DNA of 64,000 nucleotides from an uncultured virus (IMG/VR IMGVR_UViG_3300047172_000194) (taxonomy: Duplodnaviria; Heunggongvirae; Uroviricota; Caudoviricetes), in the IMG/VR virus record IMGVR_UViG_3300047172_000194; one strand, 5' to 3'. The notes beneath the pieces are model-generated. The model was not told the origin of the DNA. It saw only the letters and a list, made by a program, of their open reading frames with translations, and did no database searches. The position numbers and the translations under genes were made by a program. Of the stretch, positions 27,905 to 35,287 are shown piece after piece (position 1 is the first letter of the stretch; each line of letters starts with the position of its first letter).

Positions 27905-28127
27905 CCCTCTCAGCGTTCTCGTCGCTCTCCTCCTCCGTCCGTTCGACGAGCTGTATCGCGATGGCGTAGGCTTCTGGGCTGAGTTCCAGTTCCTCGGGGA
28001 ATTGCCATTTCATGCCCTCGAGCCCGGAGCTGTACTCCAGATAAGCGGGGCCCTCGTCGCGGAGCGAGAGCGAGTAATCGAATACGGCGTCCCAGGTGAA
28101 CTTGTCGGCGATCCGAATCCTCGGCAT
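27882..28127 (-). CDS. Acidic hypothetical protein
   Basis: Directly downstream of, and co-directional with, the DGQHR gene. Confidence 0.45.
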   Translation of the reverse strand: MPRIRIADKFTWDAVFDYSLSLRDEGPAYLEYSSGLEGMKWQFPEELELSPEAYAIAIQLVERTEEESDENAERVKVDFLD

Positions 28128-28135
28128 GTCGAACC

Positions 28136-29035
28136 CTACAGCTTGGCGTCACCGAGCGCCGGGAAATCGTCCCTCCCCAGCTTCCAACGCAAATCACGCG
28201 CCGTCGTCTGCTCGCCCGCCCGGTAGAGGGCCCAGGACCTGAGCATGGTGCCCCAGCGCTCAAGCATTGCTTCCCTGGTCCCGGCCCCGGCGTCGGCGCC
28301 GCGCAGGAGGTATTCCCGCAGCTGGTGTGCGGGGTCCGACTTGCCGTCGCCGACGCCGGTCTCCAGGGTGTCGAGCCACCCGTCGAGCTTGCGCTTGCCG
28401 GGTGCGCGGTTCGCCAGGAATACGGTCGCCGTGAGCGGGGTGCTGCGGACCCCCTTCGGGAACGCGCGGCCCTGCAGCCGCTCGACAGCCTCCGCGACGT
28501 CGGGCCACCGCTCGTAAGCGACGGCCACCTGGCTGTTGCTCACGAACTCGCGGACCGCACCGGGCAGGCCGCGCTCGTAGAGGATGAGGAGCCGCACGGC
28601 CTGCGCGGCCTGCGACCCGTGTGATGCGCCCGCGATCGACAGGACGTCGCCGCCGGTCCGGGCCGCTCCGGTGTCCGTCTTCGGGAACACGCTCCTCGGG
28701 ATGCCGAAACGCACGTCGAGCTCGACGGTAGCCTCGGAATCCACGATCGCCTGCAGGCGGTGCTGGCCGTCGTTGAGCACCCCCTCGCGGGACAGGATGA
28801 CCGGCTCCCCGGTGTTCTCGAACTCCCCGGATGCCATTTGGGCCGCGAGGCGGCCGACGCGGGACGCGGAGATCCGTCTGTTGCCGCTGTTGTAGTTCTC
28901 GAGGACATGGCGGGCGAGGTCCGCATCGATCATCAGCGTCCGCATGCCGTTCAGGCTGGGGACCAGGGCGTCGAACTCGTTGGGTGAGAGGCGTTCGGCG
29001 GCTGCCGCCGTGGTTTCCTTGAGGCGCGCGGCCAT
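28136..29035 (-). CDS. ParB-like / DGQHR-motif protein
   Basis: NRRIS..GEP..LNDGQHRLQAI; GGAGA RBS. Confidence 0.7.
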   Translation of the reverse strand: MAARLKETTAAAAERLSPNEFDALVPSLNGMRTLMIDADLARHVLENYNSGNRRISASRVGRLAAQMASGEFENTGEPVILSREGVLNDGQHRLQAIVDSEATVELDVRFGIPRSVFPKTDTGAARTGGDVLSIAGASHGSQAAQAVRLLILYERGLPGAVREFVSNSQVAVAYERWPDVAEAVERLQGRAFPKGVRSTPLTATVFLANRAPGKRKLDGWLDTLETGVGDGKSDPAHQLREYLLRGADAGAGTREAMLERWGTMLRSWALYRAGEQTTARDLRWKLGRDDFPALGDAKL

Positions 29036-29192
29036 CGGGGTATCTCCAGGTTTCCTTGCACATGCGCGCGGCGATCCGTCGGCGCAAGCATTTTCCAAAA
29101 ACGGTGGACGCTGACTTGCTAGGTGCTGGCGGCGTCGGGGCGGTATCGTTTCACCAAGGGCTCGGGGGAGCCCACCCACGGGGGACACGCAG

Positions 29193-29474
29193 ATGCTCTA
29201 CACCGACATCGCTTCCGGCTACCGCCAGATTGACGAAGCGTCCTACAGCGCCGATGCGCAGGACGCCCTGGACATGGCCGAGGACCTCAAGGCCGCGGCC
29301 GCCGCGATGCAGCCGGGACTCGACGCGCTCCGAAAGGCGATGTCCATGTGCTCCGACGAGGTCACATACGACCTGATAGAGGCGGCCCAGGAAGCCATCG
29401 AGGACAACATGGCTCGGCTCCGGGCCCGCGCCGAGATGCTTCGCGACGAAGTGGCATGCGGCGACATCGCCTGA
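29193..29474 (+). CDS. Cassette hypothetical protein
   Basis: Leader at 29113, terminator at 29499. Confidence 0.6.
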   Translation: MLYTDIASGYRQIDEASYSADAQDALDMAEDLKAAAAAMQPGLDALRKAMSMCSDEVTYDLIEAAQEAIEDNMARLRARAEMLRDEVACGDIA

Positions 29475-29616
29475 ACCCGGCTACGAACGACACCATCGAG
29501 GGCCGCTCCAGACAGGGGCGGCCTTCTGCATTCCCCGATGCTGACTTGCTAGGGTTCCTAGAGGACGAGGCGTTATCCTTCGGGCAAGGGCTCGGGGGAG
29601 CCTCAGGGGAAACACC

Positions 29617-30324
29617 ATGCGGCAGGCATCGCACCCGACCACAATCCTCGTCGGCGATGTCCGCACGCGGCTCGCCGACATCATGGATGGCACCATCCAG
29701 ACCTGCGTCACGAGCCCGCCCTATTACTGCCTCCGCGACTACGGGGTGGACGGCCAGATCGGGCTGGAGCCCACGCCGGAGGCCTTCGTCGCCGAGCTTG
29801 TAACCGTGTTCCGGGAGGTTCGCCGTTGCCTGCGAGACGACGGCACGCTGTGGCTCAACATCGGCGACAGCTACCGAGGCAACTCCGCCCGCGTCGCCGA
29901 GCACCGGGGCATCCGGGCGGACCGGGACCAGGGAGGGATGGGCGCCGACCGCTCCCACGTCACCTGGGGCGTGAAGCCGGGCGACCTCCTCGGCATCCCA
30001 TGGATGCTGGCGTTCGCGCTGCGTGCCGACGGCTGGTGGCTGCGATCAGACGTCACTGTCCTGTTCCCATCAGCCATGGCGATCTCCGAGGCGAATGCAT
30101 GCGGCCACCCAGAGCTCGCGTCGAAAGTGAGGGATAATTTCACGGCACTGGCCAGCGACGCCGGGCTGGCTTCGGACTGGGCAGACACGCATCTCTCCGA
30201 CGAGAATGGGCGCTGCTGCGCTCATTCGGCGTCCCGCTGCGACGAGGCGGACCTCAAGGAGCAGATGCACTACATCGAGGATTTCACGCGTCAGGCCCAG
30301 ACGGCGATCCAGGGCAACAAGTAG
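29617..30324 (+). pseudogene. Truncated/chimeric N4-C/N6-A DNA methyltransferase
   Basis: TSPPY and WLNIGDSY present; similarity ends at GWWLRSD; no SAM-binding FxGxG motif. Confidence 0.7.
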
Positions 30325-30450
30325 CCCACTCCCCGCCGCCGACCTATCCTTCGGCCGTCCTGTTGACGACGACTTGCTAGGATTTCGGCATCGCGCCGTG
30401 GCATCCTTCCCGCATGGGGGCGCCTGCGACAGCCCCCGGTGGGGGACGGC

Positions 30451-31554
30451 ATGGCAACCGCGGCAAGCGTAAGCTCGGGGGCCAAGCGCGCGCCCCTTCG
30501 TTACCTTTCCCTGTTCAGCGGCATGGAGGCGGCCAGCGCGGCCGTCGAGCGCATGGAACTCGGCTGGGAGCCGGTGGCGTTCGGCGAGATCAATCCGGCC
30601 GCGTGCGCCGTCCTGGCTCACCGCTGGCCGCACGTGCCCAACCTCGGCGACATCACCAAGGTAGACTGGAGCCGGTTCGCAGGTCAGGTGGACATCGTGG
30701 TCGGCGGGCCGCCTTGCCAGGATTTCTCGACAGCCGGTCAGCGTGCGGGCATCGGCGGTGCCCGCGGCAACCTCAGCATGGAGTATCTGCATGTCCTCGA
30801 AGCGATCAGGCCGCGCTGGGCGGTCCTCGAAAACGTCGCCAATCTCCTGCACTCGAACGGCGGACGGGACTTTGGCGCCCTCCTCGGGCGGTTGGATGAC
30901 ATCGGGTTCGATGCGGCGTGGGCAGTGCTCGACGGCCTCGATTTCGGTCTCCCCGCCCGGCGCAAGCGCCTGTGGCTTGTCGGACATCGTCGAGACGGGC
31001 GTGATACTGCCGCTGGGCAGATACTCGCTGTCGAGCCGAGCCCTGGACGGGATGTCCTCAAGGGCTGCGAGGCGTGGAAGCGACCTGCGACCCGAGTTCG
31101 AGGACGCGAACTGGTAGCCGACCCCCACCTGCACGACACGCACGACGCCTGGGGCAATGAGATCGTGGTGGATTACGACGACGAGCCGATCTTCTCCTAC
31201 GAGGTCTACGACCAGCGCGGACGGGGCGACGGGGAGACGGTGCCGACCCTCATGCGCGAGAGCCTCCACCACCCTACCGACTACGGCCCGATCCTGTTCA
31301 CGAAGATGACCGCCGGTGGCTTCACGGCAGCGCGGAGATTCACGCCCAGGGAATGCCTCAGGTTGCAGGGGTTCGATGATGCGTGGCTCGACGACATAAC
31401 GTTGCGCGGCAAGCTGCTGTCCGACCAGGCGAAGTATCGGATGATCGGCAACAGCTGGGCCGTCCCGTGCGCGGCGTGGGTGCTGGAACGCATCGACGCG
31501 ATGGACCGGATGCTGGCGGTCGGTGAGGCGCCCGGCTTCCTCAGGGCGGCCTGA
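30451..31554 (+). CDS. DNA (cytosine-5)-methyltransferase 2
   Basis: LFSGME, GGPPCQ, ENV, RRKR, RRFTPRECLRLQGF, IGNS. Confidence 0.92.
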   Translation: MATAASVSSGAKRAPLRYLSLFSGMEAASAAVERMELGWEPVAFGEINPAACAVLAHRWPHVPNLGDITKVDWSRFAGQVDIVVGGPPCQDFSTAGQRAGIGGARGNLSMEYLHVLEAIRPRWAVLENVANLLHSNGGRDFGALLGRLDDIGFDAAWAVLDGLDFGLPARRKRLWLVGHRRDGRDTAAGQILAVEPSPGRDVLKGCEAWKRPATRVRGRELVADPHLHDTHDAWGNEIVVDYDDEPIFSYEVYDQRGRGDGETVPTLMRESLHHPTDYGPILFTKMTAGGFTAARRFTPRECLRLQGFDDAWLDDITLRGKLLSDQAKYRMIGNSWAVPCAAWVLERIDAMDRMLAVGEAPGFLRAA

Positions 31555-31584
31555 TCGGGTATCGCGGCCTCTAGGAGGCCGACC

Positions 31585-32052
31585 ATGCGGGTATACGACA
31601 TTATCATCGCGGGCGGCGTCTGGTGGCAGCTGGACGACCCGCGCAGCCCTGGGCACGCGGTCGCCATCCCTGCCGGGACGGCGTTCCGCATCCGTGAGGG
31701 CGGGACCGACAGCAACCGCTTCGTCGCGGGCCACGTCGAGGACGGCCAGTGGCTTGTGGACGAGGGCAGTGCGGCAGGCAGTTACCCCAGCGCGAACCAG
31801 GCGGTCAGCGCAGTCCATGGCGGCACCTCACTGGACGCTTGGCTCTACGTCGTCGTGCGGTGGGACGGCCGCTGGATTGATGCCGATGACCTTCGCAGGC
31901 TGCCCGGCACGGCGCCGGACGGCATCGAGGACATTTCCCGGATGCGTTTCGGGGTGGCGGAAGCCCGGAAGCTGAAGGGCGCGAAGACCGCTCCCGCCCA
32001 CGTGCTGCTCCGGGCGGCGGCCACGTTGGCCAAGAGGCTCGAGGAGGACTGA
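31585..32052 (+). CDS. RAMA/DUF4357-like domain protein
   Basis: SYPSANQAVSAVHGGTSLDAWLY; AGGAGG RBS. Confidence 0.5.
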   Translation: MRVYDIIIAGGVWWQLDDPRSPGHAVAIPAGTAFRIREGGTDSNRFVAGHVEDGQWLVDEGSAAGSYPSANQAVSAVHGGTSLDAWLYVVVRWDGRWIDADDLRRLPGTAPDGIEDISRMRFGVAEARKLKGAKTAPAHVLLRAAATLAKRLEED

Positions 32053-32147
32053 TTTTCCAAAACGCGTTGACGCCGACTTCGTAGGTTCCCCGCCACGCGC
32101 GGGGTTATCCTTCCCTCATGGGCTCGGGGGAGCCACGGGGAACGGAC

Positions 32148-32462
32148 ATGCAGGACATCAGGAAAATCGAGGAGCTCTACAGGCACCTCGCGGCAGTCGC
32201 GGTCAAATACAGCAACATCGCCGCGGTGAACCGACTGGAGACGTTGGGGCTCACCGGCCCGGAGGCCGACAGGCTGGGCCGCGAGAGCGCAGTTTGGGAG
32301 CAAGCGGCCCGGCAGATCCGCAACCTGGGCAAGGACATCGAGGCCGACGTCGAGCACTCGGACGAGCTGCAGGAAGCCATCGCCACCGGCTCGCGGCCGA
32401 CATTCGTGAGCCTCATGGCCCAGGCGTTCCCCGACCGCGTGGCCAAGCGGAGGGTGGCATGA
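32148..32462 (+). CDS. Cassette hypothetical protein
   Basis: Leader at 32075. Confidence 0.55.
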   Translation: MQDIRKIEELYRHLAAVAVKYSNIAAVNRLETLGLTGPEADRLGRESAVWEQAARQIRNLGKDIEADVEHSDELQEAIATGSRPTFVSLMAQAFPDRVAKRRVA

Positions 32463-32872
32463 GCGACGTCATCCAGTTCCCGACCACCGCGCGCCCGGTG
32501 CCTCTGACGGAGACCACCCGCAGGCCGTTGCTGGACGCACTCAAGCGCCTGCTGGAGACCAGCTTCGACGCGCAACGCCTCGATCCCGGAGCGGCCGCCG
32601 AGGCCCTGGAGGCCGCCCGCGCGCTGCCCGGCGTGCTCTCGCGATACACGCTGGACGACGAGGATTCCGCCGAGGTCCTGGGCTCGCTCGAGTTCGCCGC
32701 GGGGAGGCTGGAGTGGGCCGCGAGGAAGGAAGGTGATTTCCTTGCCGAGAGCCCCGGGGCGTCGATGCTGGATTACGCCTGCGCGTGCGGAGCTGCCCGG
32801 CTCGTCGGCGAGATCCGCGACCGGCTGCTGGGCGTCGAACGGTGGGACGAGCTCGACGAGGAGATTGCGTGA
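32459..32872 (+). CDS. Hypothetical protein
   Basis: ATGA coupling, GGAGG RBS. Confidence 0.55.
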   Translation: MSDVIQFPTTARPVPLTETTRRPLLDALKRLLETSFDAQRLDPGAAAEALEAARALPGVLSRYTLDDEDSAEVLGSLEFAAGRLEWAARKEGDFLAESPGASMLDYACACGAARLVGEIRDRLLGVERWDELDEEIA

Positions 32873-33180
32873 TGGAAACCGTAGGCATCACCAGATACGA
32901 CCTGCGCATCCTCGACCGCATCCGGCGCGGCAACAGGTCACCAAAGGCCATGGAGTCGTGGCGCCTCAAGATGCTGGCTCATGGCCTCATCCGGAAGGGA
33001 GAGGACCTACGTCACGCCAGCGGATGCCTCATCGAGGCGCACGACATCACGGAAGCCGGGCTGGAGACGCTGTCGGTGGCGAAGGCCGTCCTGTCGAACC
33101 TGCCATCGCCGGTTCCCGTCATCGTCGACGCCGCCCTGTCCGACGGCCGGGAACTGGCAATCTACGCGAGGACGATGTGA
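32872..33180 (+). CDS. Hypothetical protein, possible winged helix
   Basis: MLAHGLI...ITEAGL. Confidence 0.5.
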   Translation: METVGITRYDLRILDRIRRGNRSPKAMESWRLKMLAHGLIRKGEDLRHASGCLIEAHDITEAGLETLSVAKAVLSNLPSPVPVIVDAALSDGRELAIYARTM

Positions 33181-33316
33181 TCCACGACGCATGGTTCGAG
33201 ATCGCCTACCGGGGCGTCATCAACAGCGAGCTGAGGCGCCAGGAACGCGAGCTGCAGCGGGAGGGCGTAGCGCACCAGGCTGCCCGTTCGCCGAAGGAAA
33301 ACCAGGAGGACGCGCG

Positions 33317-34111
33317 ATGAGGATGGACAGATGTTCGCATGGCCTCACCTGGGAAGCCGATTGCAAGGTGTGCGACGCCGCGTGGCGGGAGTGGCAGGTT
33401 GGCAGGCTGGAGAAGGACGCGGCACAGCTGGGCCACAAGCTGGTTCCGCTGAGACGCACAGGGGCGCCCAGAGGGCGCAAGCCTTCCTATAGCTATGCCG
33501 AAGCCTACCGGAGACTGGAATCCGGAGAGGTGGGATGCATTAAAGCGTTGGCACGGGACCTCGGTATACCGGGCACCGCTATTTACCAACAACTGGACAC
33601 GTATGCGGCCAAGAATGGACTGCCCAAGCCCGCTAGGATACCCCAGGAGCTGACGGGCAGGCGTGTTGGGTTCGACGTAGCCGCGGCATACGACCGCCTG
33701 ATGTCGGGCGGCGTGGAATCCATCGAGGAGCTCTCCAGAAACCTCGGTCGCGCGCAGTTCGGCGTGAAGACGGCGTTGGACAAATACGCGGAACGAAATG
33801 GGCTACCAAGGCCCAAACGGATGACATCGGTAGAGCGCGCCAAACGTTCGGCTGCCGCACCCCGGCGCGTGGGGTTCGATGTCGCGGTTGCCTACGAACG
33901 CCTGATGTCTGGCGACTTTGAATCCATCACGGATCTCTCCAGAAGACTCGGCCGCGCACGGGAACCCGTGAAGATTGCGTTGGGCAAATATGCGGAACGA
34001 AATGGGCTCCCGAGGCCCAAGCGGATGACTTCAGGATGGTCCTGGTATCCACGTCCAAGACCAACTGCGGCCAGTGCCGATGAGCTGCGGGCGTTTGGCC
34101 TGCACCTATGA
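33317..34111 (+). CDS. Protein with three tandem HTH-like repeats
   Basis: AY.RL.SG...I..L.R.LG.......L..YA..NGLP.P repeated three times. Confidence 0.6.
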   Translation: MRMDRCSHGLTWEADCKVCDAAWREWQVGRLEKDAAQLGHKLVPLRRTGAPRGRKPSYSYAEAYRRLESGEVGCIKALARDLGIPGTAIYQQLDTYAAKNGLPKPARIPQELTGRRVGFDVAAAYDRLMSGGVESIEELSRNLGRAQFGVKTALDKYAERNGLPRPKRMTSVERAKRSAAAPRRVGFDVAVAYERLMSGDFESITDLSRRLGRAREPVKIALGKYAERNGLPRPKRMTSGWSWYPRPRPTAASADELRAFGLHL

Positions 34112-34246
34112 AACATCCGTACGTGCCGAACCGGGGCCGCCTCCACCAGGGGCGGCCATTTTTCCGTGCATGACTTGCTTCCGATCGAGCACCCCGGAGG
34201 CGTATCGTTCTCCCAAGCGGCGGGGGCCGCAGTCTGGGAGGACATC

Positions 34247-34390
34247 ATGCTCGTCAAGCTCTACGTCTACGGTTTCGTAGCCGCTCTCATCGTCGGGTTG
34301 GTAGCCACTCCAGAGGTCATGGGCCGCGTGGATCAGGCGCGCGGCGCCCTGGCCGCGTTCCTCGTCGCTTCGCCGATGGGGGTTCGGTGA
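34247..34390 (+). CDS. Small membrane peptide in cassette
   Basis: Leader at 34172; GGAGG RBS. Confidence 0.4.
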   Translation: MLVKLYVYGFVAALIVGLVATPEVMGRVDQARGALAAFLVASPMGVR

Positions 34391-34391
34391 C

Positions 34392-35153
34392 ATGGGCGCG
34401 AAGAGCGACACAGTGGCGATGATCCAGGAGGGACGGGTATCCATGGGCACGACGCGTTCCAGGATGCCGTCCGAGAGAACCTGGTTCGGTCGCGGTGTGC
34501 TTCCTCACGCGGAGGACACGCTTGCCGCGATGCGCGAGGTCGCTACGCGGTGCGTGCCATGGGTTCGGGTCTACGTGGGGCCGCGCCTGTGGTCTATCGC
34601 TGATTCCGAGGAGGACTTCGCATGCAGGTCGGTCGTTGCCGACCTGCCCGACGGCCGCAAGGCTTACGAGCACAACGGGGTCGCGCTGCTGACAAAGGGC
34701 GCGATCATGGTTTCCGCGAAGGCGACCTTGCCGTGGGTGATGGCGACATTGCACCACGAGATCTGGCACGAGGTCGAGCGCAACGCGCTTTCCAGGGAGG
34801 ACATCGAGGCCGTGACGGCGGCGGTTCGCTCCGGGCAGCAGCGACCGGGTGGATACCTGGACTCCGTCTACGAGCGCCGGGCAAGGGCGTACGAGTGGTG
34901 GGCCTGCGCATACGACGAGGGGTGGCGCCCGGTCTCCGTTGCTGGCGTGCCGGTGGACCGCGTGGACCGCGTCTTCCTCTATGTCTACTCCGGAAGCCTG
35001 GCACGCGACCGACGGAACGGCGCTGCCCGTCCACAGAGATTGCCGGGGGTGCATGAGGTACGGGTCGCTGGGAGGATGCTGCTATCCTCGTTCGCGTGGC
35101 CGTTCACGCCGATTTGGGCGGCGGCCGCAGGAATGGCTTGGGTGACCGCGTAA
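34392..35153 (+). CDS. HExxH-motif protein with hydrophobic C-terminus
   Basis: LHHEIWHE...ERRARAY. Confidence 0.55.
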   Translation: MGAKSDTVAMIQEGRVSMGTTRSRMPSERTWFGRGVLPHAEDTLAAMREVATRCVPWVRVYVGPRLWSIADSEEDFACRSVVADLPDGRKAYEHNGVALLTKGAIMVSAKATLPWVMATLHHEIWHEVERNALSREDIEAVTAAVRSGQQRPGGYLDSVYERRARAYEWWACAYDEGWRPVSVAGVPVDRVDRVFLYVYSGSLARDRRNGAARPQRLPGVHEVRVAGRMLLSSFAWPFTPIWAAAAGMAWVTA

Positions 35154-35287
35154 ATTCCGCTTGCGATCCAAGCGAGGTGATGGCATAAGCCGCGCCCCGA
35201 CCCCGGAGACACGACCATGCACCCGAACAGGAACCCGATAACCGCGGCTTAGCCCGCGTCATCGTTCCTGTTCCGGAGTGCCTCACA

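Noticed and set aside
26741..31554. Complete restriction-modification system
   Set aside because: No recognisable endonuclease lies next to either methyltransferase.
21479..34208. Classical integron attC cassette array
   Set aside because: No RYYYAAC...GTTRRRY ends are evident, cassettes carry their own promoter-like motifs, and neither recombinase looks like IntI by eye.
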